Source of the DNA: the human T2T-CHM13v2.0 reference genome, Homo sapiens
NCBI RefSeq assembly: GCF_009914755.1
Contig: NC_060938.1
Reading direction: 5' to 3' (one strand)
DNA length: 64,000 nt
Shown piece by piece: positions 13,850 through 28,104 of this stretch. The position numbers were made by a program, and so were the translations under genes. Under the pieces are notes generated by a model that searched no databases, was not told the DNA's origin, and saw nothing but the letters and a program-made list of their open reading frames with translations. Position 1 is the stretch's first letter, and every line of letters begins with the position of its first letter.

Positions 13850-14895
13850 TGAGAACCTCTGCCTAGATTTCAGAAGGTGTATGAAAACACCTGGATGTCC
13901 AGTCACAAGTTGGCTGCAGTGGTGGCTCATTCATGGGGAACCTCTGCTAGGGCAATGAGGAAAGGAAATATAGGGCCAGAGCTCCCACACAGAGTCCCTA
14001 CTGGGGCACTGCCTAGTGGAGCTGTGAGAAGAGGGCTGCTATCCTCCAGACCCTGGAATGGTAGATCCACTGACAGTTTGCACTTTGTGCCTGGAAAATC
14101 CACAGACACTGAACACCAGCCTGTGAAAGCAGCCAGGAGGGAGGCTGTACCCTGCAAAGCCACAGGGGTGGAGCTGCCCAAGACCATGGGAACTCACCTG
14201 TTGCATCAACATGTCCCGGATGTGAGAAGGGGAGTTACAGGTGATCATTGTGGAGCTTTATGATTTGACTGCCCTGCTGGATTTTGGACTTGCATGGGGT
14301 CTTTTTGTTATGGGCAATTTCTGTCATTTCCAATGGGTGTGTTTACCCAATGCCTGTAACTTGCTTTTGAATTTACAGGCTTATAAGTGGAAAGGACTTG
14401 CCTTGTCTCAGGTGAAATGTTGTACTGTGGACTTCTGTGTTAATGATGAAATGAGTTTAGCCTTTGGGGAGCTGTTGGGAAGGCATGATTGGTTTTGAAA
14501 TGTGAGGACGTGAGATTTGGGAGGGAACCTGGGGTGGAATGATATGGGTCGGATGTGTCCTCACTCAAATCTCACTTTGATGTGTAACTCCCATAATTCT
14601 CAATGTTGTGGGAGGGACCAGTGGGAGGTGACTGAGTTATGGGGGTTGCGTCTCTCCTGCACTGTTCTCTTAATAGTGAATGAGTCTCATGAGATCTGAT
14701 GGTTTTAAAAAGGGGAGACCCAGCACAAGCTCTCTTCTCTTGTCTGCCGCCATGTCAGATGTGCCTTTCACCTTCCACCATGATTGTGAGACCTTTCCAG
14801 CCACGTGGAACTGTAAGTCCAATAAAACTCTTTCTATTGTAAGTTTCCTCGTCTCTGGTATGTCTTCATCAGCAGCGTGAAAACAGACAAACACA
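13850..14895 (+). mobile_element. MaLR THE1/MST internal fragment plus LTR (about 14540-14895); paralog at about 25726-26771
   Basis: GAACCTCTGCCTAGATTTCAGA...; LTR TGATATGG...CATGAGATCTGATGGTTTTAAAA...AAACAGACAAACACA. Confidence 0.8.
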
Positions 14896-15715
14896 GTCAG
14901 ACGTGCTCTACTCAAGGTCTCTGCACATGGAGGAAAAACAGGGAAATTGGAAAATGCATTTTCTTGGTCTGTTGAAAAATACCTATAGAAAACACAACCT
15001 TGTGCCAGGACATTATGCAGAATTCAGAAATATTGGATTTGGAATAAATGTGAAAATTACAATCATTTATAGATGCACATTTGTTCATTTATCTTCAAAT
15101 GAAATAAAGTAAAAGCAGGTTTTCTGTGTAAAAACCCACAAAGAGTGTGTTGACCTTGAGAATACACCCCTCTCTCAGCTTCTAAAGGTGAGAAAATGCA
15201 CCTGGATCAGGTGTCAAGCTGCTGCTTTGTGACGTCTGTGGTATGGCTTGTGCTGAAGCCCAGGTGCTGTGGTCAATTCTAATGAAAGGAAGGACTCTTC
15301 AATGGTTTTGAGGCAGAGCCTTTGCTGGAGTCATCGGGGTCCCCTGTGGGGTATTTTCCTCAGGACAGTGATCAATGTGATCAAGGCAGGTCATTTCTGC
15401 CCCCAAAGTGACACTCAGGCTTCTGCAGGGTGAGGATGTGTCCTCCTGTTACAAAAAAAAAAAAGATACAAAGTTGAGGGGACATTGTGCAGTCAGAGAC
15501 GACATCAAATGTTATTACAGAATTGGAAATCTAGAGATGGTCCCTGGGGTAATTTGCTAACAATGCAACCCTAGATCATGACAGGAAACCCAGGCTTATA
15601 TCACCTGGACTTGCCCCTGGGGACAGCCCAGTATACAGTGTCCCAGGCTTTCCCTGATTGTCCCAGGTACCCTGCAGGAGGTTTGTGTCTGGGCTCACAC
15701 TGACTTCTCACTGCG

Positions 15716-16172
15716 TCTTTCACACAGTAGTACACAACTGTGCCCTCGGCTCTCAGGCTGTTCATTTGCAGAGACAGTGAATTCTGGGCATTGTCTCTAG
15801 AGATGGTGAATCAGCCCTTCACAGAGTCTGTGTAGAGTACGGTATCACCACTTGTACTAATAACTGAGACCCACTCCAAACCCTTTCCTGGAGCCTGGTG
15901 GACCCAGTGCATAGCAGAGCTACTGAAGGTGAATCCAGAGGCTGCACAGGAGAGTCTCAGAGACCCCTCCAGTCTTTACTAAGCCTCCCCCAGACTCCAC
16001 CAGCTGCACCTCACACTGGACACCTGCAAACACGGAGACACCCTGGTCAGAAACTGCCACACAAATCCACTGTTTCTCTCACTTATGTCCAGTCACACTC
16101 AGTGTGTCTCATTCTCCATAAATCACCTTTTAAAACTGCAACAAGGAAAATCCAGCTCAGCCCAGACTCCAT
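15716..16172 (-). pseudogene. IGHV3-60: IGHV3-60 pseudogene (leader 16127-16172; V exon 15716-16023)
   Basis: +1 frameshift in FR1, AAG GGC TGA stop in FR3, RSS CGCAGTG with a 20-bp spacer (15680-15715), octamer mutated to AAGCAAAT (16299-16306). Confidence 0.9.
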
Positions 16173-19100
16173 GGTGTGTCTTCTGTGTTCAGTGTTCATG
16201 ACCAAGTGGAGACAGCTGGGAATCCCGGGGCGGGGGCTCCTCTCCCAGAGCTGCAGGGTCAGGATTTGGCTGATTTTCAGCAGCAGAGGGAGGGCCCTAT
16301 TTGCTTGTCTCCTACTACATAGAGAGCTCTGGGGTGGGAATCCTGAGGAGACGGCAGACCCCAGATAAAATGACACGGCCCCACAGGAGTTGGGTGACAA
16401 TTACGGTATTTGGAAAATACACTGTCTTATTAGGAAATTTTGTTGTGATAAGTATTTGCACTATTTTATCTTTTGTATATTTCTGTAAATTATGTTCTGT
16501 AGGAGTCAATGGTTTCTCCATTTACATATGTGGAAGTCAACCTACACATGGAGGAGGGGCTAAGTGTGTGTCCACGAGGTCATGTCTGAGATGAGTGAGC
16601 CCCGGTATCTGGGCCTGTGATTCCTCATCACTGTTACTCCCTGAACCAAATCTTGGTAAGAATTGGACATACCTCGTGTGCTTTGTGGAACCCACTTCCT
16701 GTACTGAGAATGTGTGTGATTTTGGTGCACGCTACCATTCACCTAAAAATAAGGACGGAACTAGGGTCAGGAGTTAAATTCTCAGACATTTCTGACATTT
16801 AATATATATTTTCTATCTTTATACCATCCTTTCTTTGTCTAATTTTTCATTTGTCTGCTTGCAATAAATTTTGCGAGTGTTAATTGGCAGATAATAGACT
16901 TCACATATTTAAAGTGTGCAATTGATCAACATGATGTAACCCATCATTTCCAAGCTGGACAAGTGAACTCCCCTCAACATTTTCTCTTGTTCTTCTGTAA
17001 GTTTCCTCCTTTCCCCTTCCTTTGGTCTACCCTTTTTCCAGGTAACTACTGATCTTCTGGATATTGCTTTAGATTCTTTTTCACTTAAAAGAAATTGCAT
17101 AAATGGAGTAATATGGTACATATTCTTATTTGTCTGGCGTATTTTACTCAGCATAAACACTTAGATATTTTTCTTTGTTGCTCTGTGTACCAGAAATATA
17201 TTTATTATAAGTGATGAGTAGTGTTCCAGTGAACACATTTACCATAATTTGGTTTTTTTGGGGCAGCTGAAAAATGTTTGGATTCTTTTATTATTCCAGG
17301 TTTTACTTAAAAATATGCTGCTCAGCTTAAAAATGTACATGAATGAGAAATATATATTTATTTTTAAAACAATAACATCAGCAATAACAGATAAACAGAA
17401 AAGATGGAAGTTCGCAAATTTTATTAAATGCTTCAGATAACTGAAGGTTTAAAACAAAAAAAATTGAAATCTAGGGAGAGGCAAGTTCTAGTACAGAGTA
17501 ATAAAGTCAAGATATGAAATTACCTGAGGCACAGTCTGTCGTATTCAACGTAGGCCATTACAAGATGGAGCACAAATACACATTGCATTGCTTGAAGTCG
17601 AGTGTGTTAAGCGTGTTGTAGTGAGAAATTCTAAGGGACAACATACTGAAGAGTTGTGCTATTCTCTTGAAGAACCTTTACAGTCACAAGAATCTATCCT
17701 TCCCAAAGTGACTGTCTGGGAGAGAATGAGAGCCCACACTTCTGAAATGCATCCAGACCCAACTCTCTGATTCCCACTATGAAACTCAGATATTACCCTG
17801 CAGGAGCAAGCCATGAAAATCAGCATCCTAGGGCACTGGAGCAGCCCCTCATGAACTGATATGGGAACAGAGGTCCCCATCAAAGATCTATTGAGAAGCA
17901 GCTCCCCTCAGTTTCTTATGGAATCAGAGCCTTAATCTGCAGGTCATGGCAGCAGATCTGGAAGATGGGGACACCAACAGAGATTGTGAGAGCTGTGGGA
18001 GGGAACAACTGGGGAAAACAGGAGGACTCTACCCCAGGGGAAGAGGCAAGAACACACAGACCAGTATCTCACTTGCAGGAGGGTCGGGAAAACTTGGAAG
18101 GTCACACTCAGACTCAGGATCACAACGGCTTTCTAGAATTATGGCCCAACGAGAGGTCAGTTTCTTCCTTTAGTCTAATGCCTTCCGCCAATTTCACAAT
18201 TGGCAGTTAAATATAACACTTTAATCCACCCTAGGAATGTGAAGGAGATTCTCTGTAGAATGGAATGAGGTGAATAGACAAAGCCAAGCAGGCATGAAAA
18301 CAAGGTATCACTAGAGTATCTGAAGTCTCCAGTGGACATAGAAGAACACACTTCAACTGCTACAGCCGTTGCAAAAGTAAATGTCAAATGTAGCTCTGAA
18401 GAGATGCACAGACATCTCCACAATCAAGGCCCAGCACAGATAGGGTGTGGTCAAATACAGGCAGAAATGCACAAAATAAAATAATACGTCAATATCAAGG
18501 GTCCAAATATGGCTGGTTATCAACAAAAATTATAACATTCATCAAAGTCATATAAGTTATAAAAAACACCAAAGTCATAATGGAAAAATCCTCAGAATTG
18601 ATATTTGTAAATGACACAATACTAGAACTATCTTATTAAGTAGGATATTTAAAGTAATTGAATTTGTTAAAAGTATCTGAAAGAAAATGTGGACACAGTG
18701 CAAGACTAGATAGGTGACTGACAGAGAGAAATACTAAGAAAGAATCAAATGGAAATTCATAAAATTATCAAAAGTGATGCAGTATAAAGTTGAATATACC
18801 TTGGGCACGCTCAGCAGTAGAATTCGCTCAGCTCTTAAATGAAACCAGGGACTTCAACTCCGTTACTGGAAATTACACAAAGTGAATTTCAAAGGGAAAA
18901 AGAGTGAAGAAATTTAAGAACTAACATCAAAAAGTATAGTGTAGATATATTTCAAATTTCAAAAATAGAAATTAGAAACAGAGAAAATATCTTAAGAATT
19001 AATGATATCTTAAGATATACTTATATCTTAAGATATATTTCTTAAGAAAAATATCTTAAGAATGTGAAACACCTAACTACAGATCCAAAAATTAGAGGAC

Positions 19101-19271
19101 CCCAAGCCGGGTAAACACACACAGACACACCTGCACGATACATAGGAACATACTCTGTGAGCCAAGAGTTCAAATTTACAGTGAGCTGTTATCACACCAC
19201 TCCACTTTCAACGTGCAACAGAGAGAGACTCTGTCTCTAAAAACAAACAAAAAAGAATGAATAAGATTTTC

Positions 19272-19580
19272 GGCCCGGAGCAGTGGCTCACACCTGTAAT
19301 CCCAGCACTTCGGGAGGCCAAGGTGGGCGGGTCACCGGAGGTTGAGAGTTTGAGACCAGCCTGACCAATGTGGAGAAACCCCATCTCTACTAAAAATACA
19401 AAATTAGCTGGGCCTGGTGGTGCATGCCTGTAATATCAGCTACTGGGAGGCTGAGGCAGGAGAATCGCTTGAATCTGGGAGGTGGAAGAGGCGGTGAGTC
19501 AAGATCGTGCCATTTCGCTCCAGCCTGGGCAACAAGAGCGAAATTCCATCTCAACAGATAAATAAATAAATAATAAAATG
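19272..19580 (+). mobile_element. AluS-type element
   Basis: GGCCCGGAGCAGTGGCTCACACC...GGCAACAAGAGCGAAATTCCATCTC plus (AAAT)n tail. Confidence 0.9.
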
Positions 19581-20402
19581 AAATAAGATAAAAAAGGTTT
19601 TCACACAACTGCAAGGCTACTAAAATAGGAGATGTTAATCTGAGCATCCTCAAAGATTCTCTGGTGTTTCTGATGTCTTTAAACAGATAGCTGACCTAAG
19701 ACCTTCAGACTAAGCTGATAATCCTTAATAGCAAAAGGTTTCCACCCAAGTCACTGGACCTGGACCCCTGTCTAATTCTGCACACCCTCCTCCTGCTTCT
19801 CATTATTATTTGCTTTGACTTATAAACACTCATCTCATTTTCTGTAGACCTGAGTGTTGCCCATCATATTGAACCCTTATCTCGTTTTTTATTCATTATT
19901 TTTATAGTTGCTACATAGAATAACTTGTCACACTGTATTTTGGTGTGTGACTGCTGATAGCTTAAGGCTCATTCCTCCATTACCTCCTTTTTTACACACA
20001 AGGTGAATATCGGTCCAGAATCACAGGAGCTTCCTTATTTGAAGCCAGTGGGAGTTTCCCACCCTATAAACCCCTTTCTGTGAGTGGAAAGACTCAATCT
20101 GCCCCCACCACCAAACCCTGAGGCCCTCTCTTTCCCTGTTCTATCAAGCCATTTTGCACTTTCCTGAGAGAACTGCCCTGCTCTCAGCAGACACGTCTAG
20201 AATAGAGATAATTATCCCTTCCATATCCACTTGGTCTGAGGGTGTGTCACCATCCAACATCACATCCACACTAAATCTTAGTTGAGATATCTTGGCCTTT
20301 GCATGACGTCAACTACAAGTGGTGCTGGGAGCTTGGTGTCACAGCTCCTGTTAACAGGACACATCTGATTCCTGAACCAACTCTGGGACAGAACTGGACA
20401 TG

Positions 20403-20763
20403 TGATATGGTTTGGTTCTGTGTCCCCACCCAAATCTGATCTCGAATTGGAATTGCCACACGTCCAGGGAGGGACCTGGTGAGAGGGGATGGGCTCATGG
20501 GGTGGTTCCTCCATGCTGTTTTCATGATTGAGGTCTCAGATTGAGGTCTCAGGAGATCTGATAATTTAAAGTGTGTGGTGGTTCTCCCCACCTCTCCTGC
20601 TGCCATGTGAGATGTCTCTTGCTTCCCCTTCACACTCTGCCTTGATTGCAAGTTTCCTGAGGCCTTTCCAGCCATGTAGAACTATGAGTCAATAACCTAT
20701 TTTCTTTATAAGTTACCCAAACTCAGGTAGTTCTTTGTAGCAGTGGGAAAACAAACTAATACA
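20403..20763 (+). mobile_element. MST-type MaLR solo LTR
   Basis: TGATATGGTTTGG...AACTAATACA; target-site duplication ACATG/ACGTG. Confidence 0.85.
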
Positions 20764-21190
20764 ACGTGCCTGGAGTGGTTTAATAAACCCCCTTCACGTC
20801 ATAAAATGATGTCATTATTTTGCTGTATTGTAGTGTTTTCATAAAAACATAGAGAAGTGCAGGCTCACTCATGTGAATATTCAGGTGTCTCTGACTTTTT
20901 ATGTATTTTATCTCTGTCTGACTCCGTTTCTACCAAATTACACACGTTACAGTTAGTACTATCTTTAATGATGTTAAACTAAAAAAAAAGATCTTCACAT
21001 GAAGTGTTCAATTGTACAAATATTATCATAGACATCATTATTATCAATATAGATAACAAGTCAATTATGCTTAAAATTTTCTCTTTTCTGTAATTCCTCC
21101 TGTCTACACTTTCCCTTCTATAATATTCACAGTGAACTACTGATTCTTTATGTAACTTTAGTTTTTATTCTATAGAATGTATAAAAGTGT

Positions 21191-21280
21191 GTCTACGGCC
21201 ATACCACCCTGAACGCGCCCGATCTCGTCTGATCTCGGAAGCTAAGCAGGGTCGGGCCTGGTTAGTACTTGGATGGGAGA
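21191..21280 (+). pseudogene. RNA5SP389: 3'-truncated (tailless) 5S rRNA retropseudogene, nt 1-90
   Basis: Matches recalled human 5S rRNA nt 1-90 with no visible mismatch; 16-bp TSD AGAATGTATAAAAGTG at 21174-21189 and 21278-21293. The symbol is recalled from locus annotation and is less certain than the 5S call. Confidence 0.92.
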
Positions 21281-22223
21281 ATGTATAAAAGTGGTATCAT
21301 ATGTGTGTACTTTTATTTGTTTGGCTCATTTTACTCACCATATGAGAATTTAACCATACTGTTGAGCGTATCCAACATTAGTATATTGTGGTCACAGTCA
21401 GTAGTATGCCAATGAATGACTTTTCCACAATTTGTTTACCAGTTAAGCTGATGATTGACATTTGGATTGTTGGCCATCTCAGTATGATAAGCAAAGCTGC
21501 CACTCAGCTTGGAGAAGTACACAGCTGAGAATCTCATGGTTCTTATACTTACAGCAGCATGAACAACAACAAAGATGGGAAAGCTGCACATTAATCAATT
21601 TTATTCAATACATCAGGTAATGAAAGTTATAGATTTCTTTGCGTGTGGAGTGGGGATTATGTCCATTTGTGTGAGAGAGAATAAGGGGAAAGGGAGACAA
21701 GGAAAGAGAGGAAACCTACAAAACTGACCACAATTTATGAGGTCCTCAAGTAATTACAGGGAATTAGTCCTTACGAACAAGGCCGATAGAAGTTGAAGAG
21801 GAAAACTTGACACACCTTCGTATGGTTATATATTTATAGAAGTATGATTTTCTAATCATACACTCATATGCAGTAGAACACATGTAGTGGAGGGTGTCTA
21901 GTGGTGAAATATGATGGTGACACAAAACCCCTCATCCAGCCCCTTTTCACCCCATCTGCACCTGCCCTGAGGCTGAGCCTAGAACCTGCTGTTTCTGAGT
22001 CCCCACAATGGTCCTGAGCCCCCTGCTGTACCGAGTCTCTTCTGGTGTCCTGATTTTCCTCGATGGTTCCTGAGAGCCCCCGGGTGACCTGAGTGCCTCT
22101 ACAATGGTCTTGCGTGTGCCCTGGAATCCAGACCACCCCCTTCCATCATCGGCACTCCTGCTGTCCTGTGCACCCCTCCAGGAAGGTTTGGGTGTGAGCT
22201 CGCACCGTGGTCCCCTCACTCTG

Positions 22224-22492
22224 TCTCTTCTTTAAAACATGGCTGTGAGCTTGTTGCTCACATAGCTCCACTGTAAAAACAAGTGTTTTTTGGACCCGAA
22301 TTTGGAGATGGTGACTGGATTCATAAGGAGTGGGTGGGAATTTTTGCTCCCTTCATGACGTGTGCGCCTGGTCCACTCCAGTCCTTCCCATGTGGACTCG
22401 TGGATCCAGCTCCAGCAGGAAACACTGGTTGTGATGGAAAATCCAGAGACAGCACAGGTGAGGGAGAGGGTCTGCGAGGGCTCCACCAGGCC
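22224..22492 (-). pseudogene. IGHVII-60-1: IGHV(II)-60-1, 5'-truncated clan II V pseudogene
   Basis: GLVEPSQTLSLTCAVSGFSITT..., no leader; RSS CAGAGTG - 23 - ACCCAAACC (22185-22223). Confidence 0.85.
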
Positions 22493-23522
22493 AAGAGTGC
22501 ACTAAGAAACACAGTTGTTTGTGAGCACAGATTCTGGACAGAATGTTAACATTTCCAAAGACACACATTTTAATGAGAATAAAGAGCTCACTGGTGTTCA
22601 ATTTTTGATTCTGCTAGAGCAATGCAGTAGATTCCAAGGTTAGAGTCCCACAAACATATGGTCTCCATTTCCCCGCAAACTTGGCTTATTTAAAAGACCT
22701 TGCCCAGAAATTGGCCAACAGGGACATGACAAGTTTTTATATCAGAACTACTATTTTTTACCTGTTTTATGTGGAAATCTGAGAGATGTGCCCAGCCTCA
22801 GGAGGCTAATTCTCCATCCAGGGGACAGCACTAACAGAGTTATGTGGTATTAGTCTGTCTGGATCTTCATAAGAAGACAACAGGAGTGGGTGGCTTAAAC
22901 AACAAATATTGATTTTCTTAAAATTCTGCAGTCTGAATGTTGAAGATTAGTGTGCTGGCAGGGCTGGTTCTTGGCGCGGCTTCTTCCTGGCTTGCACTGG
23001 GCCACCTTCTAGTGCACTATGTCTCCACATGGCCTCTTCTCTGCCTGCACGTGAAAAGTGAGAGGTCTCTGGTGTCTCTTCCTCTTCTTATAAAGACAAC
23101 ACGTCTATTGCATTAGGGTCTTACAATTATGACCACATTTAACCTTAATTATTTCATTAAAATTCCAATATAGATCCATTGAATTTAAGGTTTCATCATA
23201 TGAATTTCAAAGAGGGTACAATTCAGTTGATGATACAAATCAAGAGATGGTGAGAAGCATTAGAATATATATTTTTTAATCGATAAGTTATAATGGGTCA
23301 TGCAGGAACTTGTAGGCAAGTTCCTAGTAATTGGTGAAGCTTCAACTATAGACGAAAATTTGTCTTCCTCGTTTCTTTCCTGGCACAAGAATGTGAGGAA
23401 GCAGAACCACAGATAATAAAGAAAGAGGAGCCCTGGTGACAGCGAGGTGCTGGCGAGGACGGAGACCACTGAGCAGATGAGGAAGCCCCGCCCTCCCTGC
23501 ACCTGCTCCTGACCCGGCCTCA

Positions 23523-24075
<553 letters not shown>

Positions 24076-27000
24076 GTTCTTGCACAGGAGGTCCAGGACT
24101 CTCAGAAAGTATTTCCCATGTGAGCTGGACCCTGAATTTAAGGAAATGTGTGGTGGTTTCCTGTGGGTGCTTAAGTAAGGATTTGCATGTGGGTGGTGCC
24201 TTTGTACGGAGAGGTGAAAAAGGAGGAGGGAGGCCCCAGTCTTTTGGGCTCGCCCTGGGAGTAGGATGCTGGCTGTGCCCTTTGAGAACTCAGTTGTCTT
24301 CTTGGGGTCTCCCCTCTCCAAGCCCAGAGTCCTCTTCTTTCAGGTAAAGAGACGTGCTGAAGGACCTGGTCTGGGAGATGAGTGTGATCATGGATCAAGG
24401 ACAGATTTTGGAATATGGTCAATATTGTTCTACCCTTGAAGATTCATATAAATTGTCATCTAAATTGTCATTTACTACTTCAGACACATTGAAACAGCAG
24501 CTGAATGTAATAATGACAGTGACTTCAAACAATCCTGGATCCATCCAATGTTTATTGTAGTTCAGAACATCCACCATGGTTATAGGGAAGCTCCCTGTCC
24601 CTGGAAGTGGGTCATTTTTTAAAAGCACCTGAGAGCTGTCCTTCTGTGTCCTTTTGAAATCTGGGATTCTGTCTGAGATCTCAGGAGAAGGTAGTGGGAC
24701 ATATCTACATCCTTCTCAATGTGTGACCGTGAAGATATGTCCTGGCCTCTAAACACTTCTGATTGAAAATATGTAGATTGGGGATTGCAGTGAGAACTTC
24801 AGACAAAAACTCTATAACAGGTCAGCACTGGAGGATAGTCTCATGAAGATCATGAAGATTAGTGCGATTATCTTTCCTGGGAACCAGAGAGGAACTCTGT
24901 GACCCCTTCCCTCTGAGAACACAAGGAACTCTTGTCCTTCCCTGACAGGACACACTTGTGAAACATGGCTGGACAATGATACTCAAGCCCAGAGTCCTTA
25001 CCCACATATTTATCATTTCAGATCCATCTGTCTCTGAAAGACTTTCTCCTCCATTGAATTGCATGAACATACCCTAGGATGTGTGGTATTGCAACTTGGG
25101 CATTTGACATTAGTTTGGTGAATTATATAATAAATAATCTATCTCCATGGATGTGGGTAACAGGAGAGTCATCAGAAGTTTGATGTGTTTTAAAATCAGG
25201 ACAAACCTGGGCTTTCTTCTTAGGACCTGAACAACTGGGCTGACCTGTGTGACAACAGAGGGAAAGAGACAGACCCCACACCAGAGCCAGGTGAACTCCT
25301 TACCTACCAGATGGTTTCTGGGCATTTTGTTTGAACAGATCGAGAAGGAGCTTCCTCACCCTCAGGAGAATTATGAACATTGAGGGAAATTGATATAAAT
25401 TTTTATTTACAGAGAATAATTCATAGGCTTGTGGACATCTATGTGGGTGTGCACAGAGTTGCTAAGATATGCTTATACACAGAACAGAAAGAATTATATT
25501 TCATGGAAAGAAAAGCAAAGAGCTTCTGAATTTGTAGGTATTGTTTGCCACAAATGTGTGAGATCACTAGATCATGTTATGATGGTGGAGGTAAAACTTC
25601 CCAACATTGTCATGGAGACAAAATGCAAAAGAGTAAAGATTCAAGTGAGATTCCTTTGAAAAATACCAGTAATGAACAGGCCAAAAAAATGAACCATTAT
25701 CGACAGAGTGCTAAGAATTGGTGTTTGAGAACCTCTGCCTAGATTTCAGAAGATGTATGAAAACACCTGGATGTCCAGTCATAAGTTGGCTGCAGTGGTG
25801 GATCATTCATGGAGAACCTCTGCTAGGGCAAGGAGGAAAGGAAATATAGGGCCAGAGCTCCCACACAGAGTCCTTACTGGGGCACTGCCTAGTGGAGCTG
25901 TGAGAAGAGGGCTGCTATCCTCCAGACCCTGGAATGGTAGATCCACTGACAGTTTGCACTTTGTGCCTGGAAAATCCACAGACACTGAACACCAGCCTGT
26001 GAAAGCAGCCAGGAGGGAGGCTGTACCCTGCAAAGCCACAGGGGTGGAGCTGCCCAAGACCATCGGAACTCACCTATTGCATCAACATGTCCCGGATGTG
26101 AGAAGGGGAGTTACAGGTGATCATTGTGGAGCTCTATGATTTGACTGCCCTGCTGGATTTTGGACTTGCATGGGGCCTTTTTGTTATGGGCAATTTCTGT
26201 CATTTGTAATGGGTGTGTTTACCCAATGCTTGTAACTTGCTTCTGAATTTACAGGCTCATAAGGGGAAGGGACTTGCCTTGCCTCAGATGAAATGTTGTA
26301 CTGTGGACTTCTGAGTTAATGATGAAATGAGTTTAGCCTTTGGGGAGCTGTTGGGAAGGCATGATTGGTTTTGAAATGTGAGGACATGAGATTTGGGAGG
26401 GAACCTGGGGTGGAATGATATGGGTCGGATGTGTCCTCACTCAAATCTCATTTTGATGTGTAGCTCCCATAATTCTCAATGTTGTGGGAGGGACCAGTGG
26501 GAGGTGACTGAGTTATGGGGGTTGTGTCTCTCCTGCACTGTTCTCTTAATAGTGAATGAGTCTCATGAGATCTGATGGTTTTAAAAAGGGGAGACCCAGC
26601 ACAAGCTCTCTTCTCTTGTCTGCCGCCATGTCAGATGTGCCTTTCACCTTCCACCATGATTGTGAGGCCTTTCCAGCCACGTGGAACTGTAAGTCCAATA
26701 AAACTCTTTCTGTTGTAAGTTTCCCAGTCTCTGGTATGTCTTTATCAGCCACGTGAAAACAGACAAACACAGTCAGACGTGATCTACTCAAGGTCTCTTT
26801 ATCAGCAGCGTGAAAACAAACACAGTCAGACGTGCTCTACTCAAGGCCTCTGCACATGGAGAAAAACCACGGAAAGTGGAAAATGCATTTTCTTGGTTTG
26901 ATGAAAAATACCTGTAGAAAACACAACCCTGTGCCAGGACATCATGCAGAATTCAGAAATATTGGAATTGGAATAAATGTGAAAATTACAATCATTTGCA

Positions 27001-27648
27001 GCTGCACATTTGTTCATTTATCTTCAAATGAAATAAAGTAAAAGTAGGTGTTCTCTGTAAAAATCCACAAAGAGTGTGTTGACCTTGAGAATACACCCCT
27101 CTCTCAGCCTCTAAAGGTGAGAAAATGCACCTGGATCAGGTGTCAATCTGCTGCTTTGTGACGTCTGTGGTATGGCTTGTGCTGAAGCCCAGGTGCTGTG
27201 GTCAACTCTAATGGAAGGAAGGACTCTTCAATGGTTTTGAGGCAGAGACATTACTGGAGTCATCAGGGTCCCCTGTGGGGTATGTTCCTCGGGACAGTGA
27301 TCAGTGAGATCAAGGCAGATCATTTCTGCCCCCAATGTGACACTCAGGCTTCTGCAGGGTGAGGATGTGTCCTCCTGTTACAAAAAAAAAAAAAAAGATA
27401 CAAAGTTGAGGGGACATTTTGCAGCCAGAGACGACATCAAATGTTATTACAGAATTGGAAATCTAGAGAAGTTCTCTGGGGTAAGTTGCTAAAAAGGCAA
27501 CCCTAGACCATGACAGGAAACCTAGGCTTATACCACCTGGACTTGCCCCTGGGGACAGCCCAGTATACAGTGTCCCAGGCTTTCCCTGGTTGTCCCAGGT
27601 ACCCTGCAGGGAGGTTTGTGTCTGGGCTCACACTGACTTCTCACTGCG

Positions 27649-28104
27649 TCTTTCACACAGTAATACACAGCCATGTCGTCGGCTCTCAGGCTGTTCATTT
27701 GCAGATACAGTGAATTCTGGGCATTGTCTCTGGAGATGGTGAATCGGCCCTTCACAGAGTCTGTGTAGAGTACGGTATCACCACTTGTACTAATAACTGA
27801 GACCCACTACAAACCCTTTCTTGGAGCCTGGCGGACCCAGTGCATAGCAGAGCTACTGAAGGTGAATCCAGAGGCTGCACAGGAGAGTCTCAGGGACCCC
27901 CCAGGCTGGACCAAGCCTTCCCCAGACTCCACCAGCTGCACCTCACACTGGACACCTGCAAACACAAAGACACCAAGGTCAGAAACTGCCACACACATCC
28001 ACTGTTTCTCTCACTCATGTCCACTCCCACTCAACATCTCTATTTATCTATGAATCACCTCTTAAAATAGCAACAAGGAAAACCCAGCTCAGCCCAAACT
28101 CCAT
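27649..28104 (-). pseudogene. IGHV3-62: IGHV3-62 pseudogene (leader 28059-28104; V exon 27649-27955)
   Basis: TAG stop in FR2 (27807-27809), RSS CGCAGTG with a 20-bp spacer (27613-27648), octamer ATGCGAAT (28228-28235). Confidence 0.9.

Noticed and set aside
13877-14263. 128-aa ORF conserved at 25753-26139
   Set aside because: MaLR internal sequence. The conservation reflects recent segmental duplication, not coding selection.
21191-21280. Functional 5S rRNA gene
   Set aside because: It lacks the last 30 or so nucleotides, the native terminator and the upstream flank, and it has a TSD, so it is a retrocopy.
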